Shown here: piece after piece, positions 11,600-24,129 of the stretch
Layout of the letters: every line of letters begins with the position of its first letter
Position numbering within the stretch: the stretch's first letter is position 1
Assembly: GCF_006345805.1 (NCBI RefSeq)
Contig: NW_021834470.1
Coordinates: 1-64,000, forward strand
Length of the DNA stretch: 64,000 nt
Source: Octopus sinensis
Taxonomy: Eukaryota
Reading direction: 5' to 3'
The notes under the pieces: model-generated
Told to the model about the DNA's origin: nothing
Databases searched by the model: none
The model's input: the letters and a program-made list of their open reading frames with translations, nothing else
Made by a program: the position numbers and the translations under genes

Positions 11600-13600
11600 G
11601 TTTGTTAGCTAGTTAGGGGAGCTAAGGAGCAGGCACTGATCAACAAATGCCTCGCGAGAGCCCATGGAAACTCACTAGTGTCGATGTGGGTGGATGTGAA
11701 GAAGGCATATGACTCGGTTGATCATGCTTACCTCGTTGAGTGTCTGCGAAGGCTTAAGTTGCCAATGTGGTGTATCAAATTTGTTGCAACTGTGATGGAC
11801 AGGTGGAACGTGCATCTACATTACAACAAATGCGATATAGGCGAGGTGAAGCTAGAGAGGGGCATATTACAGGGCGACAGCATGTCTCCGCTGCTGTTCG
11901 TCCTCTGCCTAGAACCGCTGAGTAGAGTCCTCACTGCCCAATTCGAACAAATGTCGATCGAACATGAAGGAGGGTGTTTTAGCACCAACCATCTCATGTT
12001 CATAGACGACATTAAGCTGTTCGCTTGGTCTTCAGAGATCCTCCACTCGATGGGCAAAGTCCTGAAAGGTTTCATGAAGGCCGTGGGGTTGGAGCTCAAC
12101 TACAACTGGTCGGCGACTAACACCCCTGTGTGCGGTGACCTAGTCAAAGTCTTAGAGGAACACCAAGGGTATAAGTATTGGTGTGGTTGAGATTCCAGCC
12201 TCATTAATCACACCCGAAACGAGAAAGTGTGTAGTGGAGGGTGTGCGTAGTAGGGCGGCAAGTTATGTAAGACTCGGCTCAATGCATGGAACTTATTTCA
12301 TGCATTGAACGAGTAAGCCATCTCATTGCTAAAATACTACGTTGGCCTGGTCAAATTCGAGCCGAGTGAGTACGATGAAATGGACCTTATTGTCCTAAGA
12401 GTACTCCGAGAGAATCATGTCCACGTGTTGGCAAGCAATAAAGAGAGATTATACTTGTCTCGCGGGCAGCTAGGACGTGGACTGAGTAACATCGTACACT
12501 TAAGTGAGCGAATTCTTACTAAGATGCACAACACCTTGTGGAGTGGGTCGAGTGTATCCCAAAGGAAGGCTGCCATCCTTGCTGCTGATAAAGCGCGTGG
12601 TACACACCTAGGAACCATAAAAGGCTATGTGTCGGCTAAGTATGGTCTAGGTGCTACCCAAGTTAATGTGAAGGAGTTGATCAAACTTCAAAAGGAGGCT
12701 TTAATAAAAAGATCAACTAAAAGTCCTTCACAAGACCCTCTTTAGCACCCTGGACAACCCGCACATTACGTATCGTCGTCATCAACGTGGCTGAAATATG
12801 GGAATAACTCAGAAGGGTTATTCTCATATTTGCAGGATAGAAACGTTTTTATTGGTCAACGGAAACAGTGTAACCACTGTAAAAGTAAGGCGATGACCGT
12901 TGACCATTTAGCCACGAAGTGCAGGAGTATGCTTTACCATGATTACACATGGAGGCATAACGATGTGGTGAGGTCCCTCCATCTTCTGCTCTGCAATAAG
13001 TATGGCTTGAGGCGGTCCAGAAAGTTGCGAACCCATCGAGTTCAATCGGTGTGTGAGAACTCGAAGGTGTGCATTAAGGTGGATATCCCAATACGCACCT
13101 CGATTGTTGTCCAGCACAACAGACCCGACATTGTGGTCCACGATAAGGTCACCGGGGAGATTGTTATCGTGGAGGTGGGCATCACGTGCCTAGACCGTTT
13201 GCAGACAGTGGAAGTAGAGAAAAAGAGAAAGTATGACCACCTTGCAAACGAGCTAGGGCTGATGCACCAGTGCAAAGTCCATGTCATTCCGTGTGTGATG
13301 ACATGGGATGGACTGGTCACCAAATACCACAAGTGGTACTTAAGACAGTTGGATGTAGATAAGTCTCTACAGGCTTATATACAGTCAACTGTTCTTAAGA
13401 GGACTCTGGAAAGTGTCTCGTTTGATGCTCGCCGATCCAACCCTTTCCTGACGTTTAGTCAGCGAGAGGCGCTGGACTGCACCTTCTCGAAGGTCTACAG
13501 TGCCAGAAAAGAAGAGAAGGAAGGGGAGGAGGTGCGTGGAGTGCCACCTTCTGCTCACTTCGAAGGCTCTGGACTTAGTTAGTAAAATTACTTAGTTAAT
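11600..13600 (+). mobile_element. R4/Dong-like RLE non-LTR retrotransposon, 5'-truncated ~2 kb, frameshifted
   Basis: DVKKAYDSVDH, RGILQGDSMSPLLF, HLMFIDDIKL, RLYL...GRGL, CNHC...TVDHLATKC, RHNDVV, RPDIVVHD, IVEVGIT, EKKRKY. Confidence 0.9.
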
Positions 13601-13789
13601 TAGTTTCTTTTTTGTTAGTGTTATTCTTTGCAGTTTGAGATCCGGATATTACATTTCGGAAATTGACCTGCATACATTGTTTTCGATTGATTATTATTCT
13701 ATCGTACAAAATTTAATCTATAATATAAATCTATATATGCGAGCTCTTAAAGTTTGATCAGATTGTTAATGAAAAGATTTTCGGAAGCA

Positions 13790-14790
13790 GTTTTGATTAT
13801 TTCCTTTGACGAAATCGGTTGGACGCCAGGAAAACTCCCCGTCAGGTTCGGAGGGGTCGGTCTTCGCTTGCATAAAGATCTGGCGCCACACGCACATTTC
13901 TCTTCGATTTCCAGGAGCCGACAACTTGTCCGAGAAGTTCTACTCCCCTTCAAAACTCTCTCTGGATTTGCCGACTGCCGACCTCCTGGAATTCTGGACC
14001 AACTCCAACCTTCAGATCCTTTCTGAGATGTCCTGACAGAGGGATTGGGACGAGATCTGGGCAGCACACTCGTTCTCTACGCTCCAACCGGCCTTGGACC
14101 AACACCGCCAAGCGTGCTTGCTTGCTGCAGCACACGAGCATAGCGGATACTGGCTCGACGCTTATCCGGCGTCATCGACGGGTTCCCTATTAGACAACGA
14201 AACACTGCGTATCGAGGTCGCTCTTCGGCTGAGGCTTGATGTCTGCGCCCCTCATCCCTGCCGATGCGAAGGTACGGTGGACGTGAAAGGCCTTCACCCC
14301 CTCTCCTGCCGCCGGAGCGTAGGCCACTCGCCTCGCCATAGAGCAATCAACGACGTAATCTCAAGAGCACTCAACCCTGCTGGGTTCCCCAACGTGCTAG
14401 AACCAGCCGGATTGGACAGAGGTGACGGCAAACGCCCGGACGGGATGACCACCTTCCCATTCCGGAATGGCAATTGCCTGATCTGGGACGCCACCGCTTT
14501 ATTATCTACATCTTCTTCTGGTTCGGCCATCTGCATTTTCATCTTCTTTGGCGGAAGCCTGCAAAGTCGAAAAGTACAAGAATCTTGCCACTCAGCATTC
14601 CTTCGTGCCTCTGGCTTTTGAGACATCAGGCGCTTCCGGTCCGCTCACCTCATACTTCATGAGAGACCTGGTATCCTTATTGCTCGGAAGAAAATGGATG
14701 CTCGCGAGTCCTCTTGGCTGAGGCACAGGATCTCACTCGCACTCGTACGCGGCAACGAGCAAGCAATCCGTTCGGCTGGGCTCTAACTCC
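13790..14790 (+). mobile_element. CRE-like retrotransposon 3' fragment (third family)
   Basis: LPVRFGGVGL, SGYWLDAYP, CRCEG...HPLSC, RHRAIND, GKRPDGMTTFP, LIWDAT. Confidence 0.85.
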
Positions 14791-15234
14791 CGCCCCGTCG
14801 CGCTTGCAGCTCACTTCCTGACGTTGTTATTTTGATTAAACTGTTTATAAAAATTATAAGTTTTAGTTTCCGAGGTTGGTAACAAGCCAAACATCTTTTT
14901 ACTCGACAAATTGAGGAACACAATCAGTCTTATATAGATTATTTTCTAAATCGCTGTTAAACTCGATTTCAAAAACGCTTTTGACAGCGTTAAGAGAGAT
15001 CGAATTATTCAGACCTCCATCAAAGGGCCTCTTGGTCGATCCTAGTGGGCTCGAATATGGACGGGATTCCGGCGACTTCTAAGGCTCTTCTGATGAGATC
15101 TTTTAGAGCATATGGCCAGCGCTGCGTTTACATGAAACGTTCTTTTGAATCTTTGTTGGTTCTATTCTTTGCAGTTAGAGTTCCGGATATTACACTTTGG
15201 TTTTTCCAGTAAATCTCGTTCGCGGTGCTCAAAA

Positions 15235-15510
15235 AAGAACTTAATTTAATCGAAGTTGGCATTACCTTATAAGATGGTTTAAACTAAGTTGAAGTGGCAA
15301 AAAATTCACAAATAAGACCTTCTTGTAAACGAACTATCAATCTCGATTAACCAAAAGTAAAGGTTATTCAAATTGTCTTGACATGGGATGGAGTTGTTTA
15401 AAAGTTATTTAAAAGTCATTAATAAGTTATCCATTAAATAAGGAACTAGGAAATACACTCGGTTATGCTGAAGAGCACGCTTAAAAGTATGCTCATTGAA
15501 CACAGACAGT
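15235..15510 (+). mobile_element. Heavily decayed R4-like RLE fragment
   Basis: DNA similarity to 16800-17090 (ttaatcgaagttgg..., ttgtcttgacatgggatggagttgt, gtatgctcattgaacacagaca). Confidence 0.7.
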
Positions 15511-15639
15511 TATAAAAGACGTTACTGTTCTAAACCCTTAGCTGATGCCTTCTTTTTATTGAAGGCGAACCACCAGGAACCCCTTAATGCCATCTGATCG
15601 CTAACCTGACGAAAGACTTACTCCCACTTGCTCTTACAA

Positions 15640-16312
15640 TTGAACCTATCTATTCATCTAGAAAGAGCATTTAGGGCTTTTCGACTCAAAGACGTCAAGG
15701 ATCTCAATCTCCTCTCTTTTTTCGGCCATTACTAGTCTGGTAAGTTGAAATTGGACAGGAGACATCACTCCCTTGGCCAGTAATTTTTTTCTCTGCAAAC
15801 ATTTTCCTTTGATAAAAAGGCTAGTGACAATGTGATGAATTCGCTCTGAAAATGGGAATTCCTAAAACTGCAGGACCAAATACATGTAGCTTGCAACTCA
15901 ACTCATGTTTTTACTCTGGTCGCTGTCAGATTCGGTTTTAAAAACGCTTTTAACAGCGTCAAGAGGGATCGAATTATTCAGACCTGCATTCCAAGAACCT
16001 CTAAGATTGCCCATATAGTAGATCTCTTCTATTACTTTACAATTTCGCTTGTTTTTGAAAAAAATTGTTCTTTTACAGCCTGATGTGCTAGGAGATCTCC
16101 TAAGACCATTTCTGCTTGTTTTTACCATTGAAGACATTGTACGGAGAGTGGAATCTGCAATCAACTTTTCGTTCTTGGACGATTTCCTATTTGAATCGAG
16201 CATCGGGGATTTTTATTGTCCAATCTTCGCGCTTTATACTCTCGGTCTGACTGTGAATGCTTTAAAAACTAAAATACCCGAATGTATTTTATCTATTCTA
16301 ATTACAAAGTGA
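15640..16312 (+). mobile_element. Decayed CRE-like reverse transcriptase core (short paralog at 14950-15020)
   Basis: FFSANIF.LIK, FKNAFNSVKRD, LGDLLRPFL (QGDPLGP-like), NFSFLDD, LGLTVNALK. Paralog at about 14960 reads KLDFKNAFDSVKRD. Confidence 0.6.
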
Positions 16313-16524
16313 TTGGATTTTAACATTTTAAATTGTTCTATTTCTGTTGTTAATTGTTAATTGTTATTCTATTATTTTGTACAATCAATGTTTTATTTTT
16401 ATAATATTTCCGTTTTCAATGTTATTCTATTATTTTGCGTACAGAGCGAGATTTCCCAGCGAGAACGTGTCCGAACAGGTAGAATCCCAAATAAGGGATT
16501 TCCCCTGCTCGTATGGGAAGGTGG

Positions 16525-17270
16525 TAATGGTCCACGAAGCGAAGCATTGTACTGTCTTTTGCAAGATAGGAATTTGTTCTTTGCATACACGGGATCACTA
16601 TGCGTCCACTGCAAAAAAGCAGGCAGACTGTTGACCATTTAGCTACGCGGTGTGGTAGGATGCTAAACAGTGATTATCTCCGAAGACACAACGAAGTGGT
16701 AAAGTGTATTCATCTCCACTTGTGTCGAATGTATGGAATAAAACGAAGCAGGAAATTGAAAGGACATTCAGTTGTGTCAATCTTCGTTTATGACAAGAGG
16801 AAAAGAGAAATTCATTTAATCGAAGTGGGAGTTACCTCGCAAGACCGTTTAAAGCAAGTTGAAGTGGAGAAATTTCACAAATATGACCTGCTTGCAAACG
16901 AACTGTCGGTTCTCTATGAAGCAAAAGTGAAGATTATTCCAATTGTCTTGACATGAGATGGAGTTGTCTCAAAGTTCTTTAAAAGTCATATGGACAAGTT
17001 ATCCATTGAAGAAGGAACGAGGACATACATCCAGTCGGTTGTGCTGAAGAGGACTCTAGAGAGTATGCTTATTGAACACAGACATGGGATGAAGGTAGAC
17101 AACGAGGAGTACGCCTCTGCCGCCAATCAACTTGCGGAGCTGGCATGTCGTAAGGACACTCAGTTGAACAATTACTTTGACGCAGAATGGAAAATGATGA
17201 GAATTTTGTTGCAAACTCTTCTTCCAAGCGAAGAAAAGAAATCACTGACGATCTGGATTCTTAAATAATT
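16525..17270 (+). mobile_element. R4/Dong-like 3' fragment with internal deletion
   Basis: GPRSEALYCLLQDRN, CVHC...TVDHLATRC, RHNEVVKCIH, LIEVGVTSQD, EKFHKYDLLANEL. Confidence 0.85.
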
Positions 17271-17348
17271 TAAGATAGAATTTACATAATTTATTTATTT
17301 GTTGATCTTTCCGTTTTTTATTCGTTTGATGGTTAATTAATTTGACTA

Positions 17349-18777
17349 CAGTCCGACCTTGAATTGGAACACTAAGTGTTCCAAAAACTGAGGTTTTTCC
17401 AAAAACTGAGGTTTTGTCAAAAAATTAATATCAATATAAATTTAATAATTTAATTAATGCAAAAAAGTCTTAAATATTATTATTTATTGAAAAATAGTCA
17501 TCGATCCTTTTTCCATAACCATAATTTTTCTTCAAACTACTGAACAAATTTTGTCTGAAACAGTAAAAATCATTTAACAAAATTGGAGCTATGTCTAGAA
17601 CTGATTCTTCCAATTCATTCACTTTTGTTACTACTTCTTTGACCGTAGTCTGTTTATTTTGCATACCACTGTAAAAAATTTCTTCATTATCGCTGTTTTC
17701 CGTATTTTCCAACACTTCGTCTACAACTTGTTCTGTAACATCATCCGTCAGATTATCAGAAACAACAAATATTTCATTGCCGAAAATATTATCCCAACAA
17801 TTTGTAATTATTTCGGAGGATACATTTTGCCACGATTTCGATACTATTATCAATGATTGGCGTAAATTAATTTAAAACCTTAAAACAATGCGAGAAAAAG
17901 TAAAATTACCAATTTTTTTGATAAGAGGACCTGAAACTGGAATATGTTGGAGCCGTAATTGTTGAAAAACGTCGAGAACTTTACTATCCAATGTTTTAAA
18001 AATATCGTCAGTTTTTGTTTCAGTCCGAAAATTTAGAATAATGTTCCCACAGGTTATTTGCGGCGTAATCGTTTTTTTATTCGAGCAATTGTGCCAATGC
18101 TCGTTTCATATTTTTGAGCAAGTACTCTGTGTGAATGACTTTTTAGTTGTCGAGCAATTCAACCTTTTTCTCGTAACTGAGACCCATAATGATTTAGCGT
18201 GAAGTTTTTTTTAATCTTATTTATTTATTTATTAAAGACCAAAGACGGGTAAGCCAGTTAATTATAATAATCCCCGTGATCGCCGATCCAAACGAGGGAG
18301 ATCCTACTGAAAGGTTCGATCCTGCCCGCATGATCGGCCTGAGACGACGATGTCCCAGGATCTGAGATCTAAAAGTCCTTTTTCGGTAGGCATTAAGTGC
18401 CTCCTGAGCGTTGGCATATCCGAATGGAAATTTCCAACTGACATGGTGGACCCCATAACGCCACGCTAAGACCGGAAGGAAAGTAAGAGATCCCCATTTC
18501 CAACTGTGTCGTGCCAGAAGTACTCGTTGCCTCACGGGCAGGGGAACGATAACGAGAATTGACCCCAGGATGAAAAATGGAATTATTTATTTAATTTCAA
18601 TCCAGGATAAATCCAAATTAATTAATTTTTTTAATGACTAGAAATAAATAATAAATTTTGTTCCAAATCGAGGTTTTCATTTAAAAGAATTATTTATTAT
18701 AAGCAGAGATCCTACAAAGTGTTCCAAAAACTGAGGTGTTCTAGCCCCGAGGTCTGTTCCAAATCGAGGTTGGACTG
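17349..18777 (-). mobile_element. pogo/Tigger-like DNA transposon, internally deleted, with TIRs and TA target duplication
   Basis: TIR cagtcc(g/a)acct.ga.ttggaaca at both ends with subterminal repeats. LSYEKKVELL, LQHIPVSGPLIKK (CENP-B HTH), SWQNVSSEIITNCW. Confidence 0.8.
18222..18575 (-). mobile_element. Unclassified GC-rich insert with (TAAA)n tail, nested in the pogo 5' region
   Basis: Sharp rise in GC within AT-rich pogo DNA; ends ggtctttaataaataaataaataa; no recognisable protein in any frame. Confidence 0.4.
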
Positions 18778-18939
18778 TACTGCTAAAATATCCTGAATAA
18801 AGTTTATTTTGCACGTAAATTTGTATTTATTTTATCAATTAATTAATCTCGACTAATATTGACTTTTTGAATTAAATTTATATTATTTTGATTTTTTTAT
18901 CATATAATAACCATATCTAAAAGTAAAAAGATAGCTAAG

Positions 18940-19945
18940 CTAATTAAAGGCCTCACGAAACACCCGGCCAGCCTCGCGAATGGCGAAGCCGTTCCCTCGG
19001 ATCACAGCAATCGACAGACGTTCCAGGAGCCAAGAATACTCTCTTGGATCGTGGCTAGTCCTTGAAATCCGTCGACCGAGCGAGCGAAGGAAGCGGAGTG
19101 TCTTGGGGCCGAAGATCCCGGAGGAATCCACGGCAATTGGAGTAAAGACCAGCGAGTTGGAGAGGTGGCCGTACTTGAGAATCTTTCGCTCCTCGGCCTG
19201 CCTCGAAGCGTGCCCAGGATTGGCGGCGGACAGAGCGAGATTTCCCAGCGAGAACGTGTCCGAACAGGTAGAATCCCAAATAAGGGATTTCCCCTGCTCG
19301 TATGGGAAGGTGGACATGCCGTCTGGGCGTTTGCCATCCCCTCTATCCAATCCAACAGGTTCAAGGATTGACGGGATGCCAGCTGAAGCGAGGGCTTTTT
19401 GTATGATCGAGTTGAGTTCACTGTGACAGGGGCCACGACCGGCACTCCGCCGGCAAGCGAGGGGATGCAAACCGTACTCGTCAACAGTTCCCCCACAACG
19501 GCATTTGTAAGTCTGGCAGATTTTCAGCCCGACACGGAGGGAGATTGCAATTCTTAGGCATTCCTTGTCCACCAGGTTCCCGATGGAAGGGAGAGGGAGA
19601 GCCTTTAACCAGACACCGCTGCCTTCGCAGCTACTTGCACGGAGGCAAGCGACACGGTGTTGATTGGAGACAGGAAGGAGGCCTTCGAAAATTGCCTGAC
19701 AAGAGATTTCGTCCCATTGACGCTGTACAGATTGAGAATTGGGCAGCTTCGAACCAAACCGAGCCTCCCACCGACCACGGCAGCAGAGTAATCTTCAGAC
19801 AATTTCGTTCGGGGAGGTTTCTAAGAACGATGTCTGAGAGAGTACGAAAGCGAGCGTAGTGGGCGGATAGGAATGTGGGGGAGGCAAGATCGGAATAGGA
19901 TCTCAAGCCAAGGCCGCCCCAGCGCACAGGCAGGCAATACGGATC
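18940..19945 (-). mobile_element. CRE-like retrotransposon 3' fragment (frameshifted in this arm)
   Basis: LPVRWGGLGLRS, GSGVWL.ALP, CRCGG...HPLAC, GKRPDG, LIWDSTCSDT, LSIAVIRGN. Confidence 0.9.
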
Positions 19946-20818
19946 CCCGAAATCCTTTATTTTGATTCTTTTTGAATTAAATTTATATTAATTTATATTA
20001 TTTTGATCTTTAAAATTGATAACCTCACATTTATTGGTGTTTAGGGTTAGGCAGTGGGTTTCCTTTTTGGAATCCAGAACACGATGGAATGTAATATTGG
20101 CCGTGCACCAGACTGGATGGTTTTCAATATGAGCTATGAATATACCTATACACTGATGGGTAGTATGTAAAGCAATCCTCCAGAAGTGTATCACGTCGTA
20201 TCGAGTTGAAGTCATTTTTAATGTCAATTTTGACGATTGCGAAAGGAATGTTTTCGTACTTTTCAGACTAATGGACATATACAGAATGTATTGTTTTTAA
20301 AATTTTTTCTCAATTTTGTGGTCCCGTACTATCCTTTTGTTCTCAAAAAAGCATTTGATTTTCCGACGCTTTTGGGATGATTAAAGACTTGTTGCCGAGA
20401 AAATAATGAATGTTTCGGAAAGAATCTTGTGACAAATCGTTCAACTCTGTTGGATTTTTTTTTTTTGTTTTTTTGTTTTTTTTATTTTTTTTAATGTTGG
20501 AATTGTTGTATCAACTCGTATTTCTTAATGTCTTCAATATACTCAAGATTTTCTATATTAAAGAATTCTTCTTGATTATATAACTCTTTTAATTTTTTTA
20601 AAGCGATTAAACCCTCGTTAATAGTAACAACTTTCTGACTTTGTTCAGACGATTTTTCGCCAATTTCTTATTCTATTTTTTCTAAATTATTTAATTCAAG
20701 TTCTTCACTTTCGTTATACAGTCTCAATGTAAAGACTCTCTTCTAATGGATCAATTATAAAGCCTATTAACGACATGAACAATAATAAATTAATAGTTAA
20801 TCAGAAACGAAGCAGATC

Positions 20819-21930
20819 TCACTTCAGGTCGCTGATATCCACTCTCCTTCTCTTGGAAGAGAGGCCTACTTCCAGCTGCCTCTTACCTACCCATTACCAC
20901 ATCTGATTTGACCATTGCATCTTCTTTAGCATTCATTGGGTCGTCTTCATCATTGCATGCCATCTCCACAACCGGTTGAAAGCAGAAGCGTATTCTTCAC
21001 CAGATACCTTCATTCCGTGCTTGCGTTCGATCATCATAATCTCGAGCGTTCTTTTCAGTACAACGGATTGGATGTATGTCCCCATTCCTACTTCAATAGA
21101 TAGTTTCTTCATATAATTTTTGAAGCATTTCAAGACAACTTCATCCCATGTCATAACCACAGGAATTATTTTTACTTGACAACTATACAGAAGCGAAAGC
21201 TCATTGCCAGTAATCATACTTGTGACACTTTTCAATTTTCACTTGCTTGAGGCGATCCTGTGAAGTAATACCCACTACAATTAGATTTATTTCGTTTCTG
21301 ATTTTGTCGTGGACAAAAATATCTGGCTTGTTGTATTCTACTTTTGTTTTGGTGAGGATTGTGTATCAATCCTGATTTCAACTTTTCCCGTCAACAGTGT
21401 TGACTGAACAGAATGTCCCTTCAATCTTCTTGCTTTTTAAGTCCATACATTCGGCACAAGTTAAGGTGGACACACTTCACAACTTCATTGTGTCTCGAGA
21501 GATAATCACTGTGAGCATTTTACCACACTGAGTAGCCAAGTGATCAACAGTTTTCTTGCTTTTCTTACAATGATTGCATAATGAGCCAGCGGATGCAAAG
21601 AACAAGTTTCGATCTTTCAAAAGACAATACAATGCTTCGTTTCGTGGCCCATTATTTCTATAGATAGCCAGTATGAGGATGCAGGTAAATCAACATTAGG
21701 TTCATCCATACATTTGAAGAGCACAGAGTGTAGTACTTTAGAACTAATTTTCTTTTGTAAATATTGTATCTGACTGAACTCTAAATACTCAATAGTAATA
21801 CTCTTCTTATCAATAATTGCATATTTAGAGGATAGAAATCCTGCGATCATAGCCAAATGCCATTTATTCATTTTAATTACACGCAGAATCCCCGCCCTCC
21901 CTAAGCATATTATTATTAAAAGCACTCCCG
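20819..21930 (-). mobile_element. R4/Dong-like 3' fragment
   Basis: GPRNEALYCLLKDRN, RHNEVVKCVH, NKPDIFVHDK, GITSQDRL, YIQSVVLKRT. Confidence 0.85.
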
Positions 21931-21964
21931 AGAAGTCATAAAACTAATTAAGTTTTCCTTGTGC

Positions 21965-23387
21965 CGCGTGAACAACAATACTGTTACACAACCTTCTCCA
22001 GGTTCCTCTCCTCTTTGCCAATTCTCTCAGGTTGTCGAGATCATCAGCAGTTTCGAGTTTCCTCCCAATAATTTTGAGATCCTGATTTAGCACCTATGGA
22101 AGTGTTGTCCTTGGTCTTCCTCGGAATGCGTCTCCGCATTGCATGAAATATGTTTCCATAGCAATGTTAGCAGGAGAGGCGACGTCCATCCGCAGAATGT
22201 GGCCAAATAGCCTCCATCGTGATTTCAGGATTTCGATCGAAAGAATTTTTGAGTTGCATAATTTGTATAGGTTGTCGTTTGTGATCTTCTGCGGATAGCG
22301 GATGTGAGTGCTGCGCGTAATTGAGATCTATGGAAATGTCTAGTTTCTGATTTTCCAATTTTGTAGGTCCCCAGGTTCCACAGTGGTAGGTAAGGATTGG
22401 CAATACAAACGAGTTGTATATCCTTATTTTCGTTTTTCCAGTTAGCTTCTTTTTAGTTCCCCATAGAGACATAAGCTTTCTAAAGGCTCCATTTGAAAGG
22501 ATTTTCCTTCGGGTAACATCCTCTGTGTCTCCCAGGAGCGTTCCCAACTTTTTGTGCCTTCTCCATGATTCATCAATGCGTCTTTCCGATCGGCTTAAGG
22601 ATATATATTCGGTTTTTTCAGTGTTCACAGTGAGAAACCATTTTTCGAATTTTTTCGGGAGCATATTATATATATTTGAGAATTTCTCTGTCGTCCGACT
22701 CAAAGTCCATGTCGTCTGCGTTGGATGTCTCTTAATAATCATTTTTTATAACTGATTTAAAGTCCCTCAGAGCGGCCTCAAGATACACAATAAAAAGCAC
22801 GGAAGATAGCGAGTCTCCTTGTGGAACACCCCGTGTTGTTTCGAATTATCTTGATGTCGTCTTTCCGACTTTAACGGCGAGTTGGGTGTTCACTAGGAGA
22901 AGATTTATCATTCTTGTTTCTTCTGAATGGAGGCAGCTCTTAATACTTCCATAAGGAGCCCTCTGTGAACGGAGTCGAAGGCCCGAGTCATGTTTACCCC
23001 AAAAATTTCAATACACTTTTTATATTTTTAGCACAGGGCACCAGTCCATCTGTATGTCCAAATTACATCAGCTGTTGATCTTCCCTCCCTGAATCCATTT
23101 TGTCCATGGGATAGAAAACTGTTTACTCGGTCTTTGATTCGGGTCAGTATAATTAGCGATAATGTCTTTCTCAATGTCGATAGCAGAATAATCGGCCTCA
23201 GGTTGCCAGGAGGTCCTCTCGGTTTCCCGGGTTTTGGTAGTGGAATTAGCAATCCTTTTCCAATATCTAAGTTTCCGTTTTCTTTAATTGCTTTGTTCAG
23301 TATGTGTGTGATCACTTCGGCCAGCTCGATTGGTCCAAATTCAAAACATTGACAGCAAAGGAAAAGGGAACTGAACTGAAGACACAA
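21965..23387 (-). mobile_element. RTE-like LINE, RT domain to 3' end
   Basis: LIPLPKPGK...NLRPIILLS, QNGFREGRST, GVPQGDSLS, ADDMD, VNTEKTEY, LPILTYHCGTW, RWRLFGHILRM, GRPRT. Confidence 0.85.
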
Positions 23388-23419
23388 CGTAAAAGAATAT
23401 TAACAAAAATCAAAACAAT

Positions 23420-23990
23420 ACAAAAACGTTAATTACGATTAGTTCACTTTTGAAAATAATTGATGAAAGCCCTCTTCCAAGAGCCTTCCGGTTTAAATAC
23501 AGTCTCTCTTTATTTGCAGGTTTGAGATGTAATCTGAGTGACGTAAGCAATTGCCGTATTTGTCTGTCAATATCATCAAATTCAGAAGGTTCAATATTGA
23601 TTAGCCCAATATAATAATTATATAGTGACAATGCATATTCATTTATAACATGAAATAGATCGTCAATAAATAGCAAATGATTAGCAGAATATGTTAACAT
23701 ATTGGGATCTTCCTGGTTAATTTCAAGTTTTTGAAACACGGACTTAAGGATTCTGCTTAAAGGATTTAATACCATAACAAATAGTAAAGGAGACAATGAG
23801 TCTCCCTGTAAAATTCCTCGATTTAACTTCACTGATCCAATTTTTCTACTGTCATATGCAGCTTTACTGCCCATGCAGGATTCCAGAACAATCCAAAACG
23901 TGAAACAAAAAATCATGATCAACTGAGTCATATGTTTTCTTCCAGAATATGGTCATAATTTTCAATTAAGGGATTTTCATTGTTGTTGAG
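23420..23990 (-). mobile_element. R4-like RT fragment with internal deletion after the FIDD motif
   Basis: KTYDSVDH, RGILQGDSLSPLLF, HLLFIDDL fused directly to FHVINEYA...KERLYL...GRGL. Confidence 0.85.
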
Positions 23991-24129
23991 TCCATTTTGC
24001 ATAATTGAAACAATTTAAAATTAAGGAACTTTCTATTTGTTTCAAGCATAATATGTGAATAATATTGAATCTTTTATGCTTAGTTGTTTGTGTGCAACAT
24101 AGAGGTTTGTCCCAGCTTCATTTTTTAAA

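Noticed and set aside
13615-13660. U2 snRNA remnant (ttctt..cagttt...atc..gata resembles U2 stem IIa; Utopia-like target)
   Set aside because: No GTAGTA branch-pairing motif, and the stem IIa base pairs cannot form; the similarity is short enough to be chance.
18980-19927. Overlapping antisense and alternate-frame ORFs of 60-190 aa over the CRE, R4 and RTE fragments
   Set aside because: Shadow ORFs expected in GC-richer coding DNA; no motifs of their own.
1471-19945. Shared site-specific target for the CRE-like copies
   Set aside because: Sequences downstream of the 3' ends share nothing beyond AT-richness; no telomeric or spliced-leader repeat is visible.
20455-20492. Long T-rich tract as a retroelement tail
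   Set aside because: No recognisable element body adjoins it on the appropriate side.
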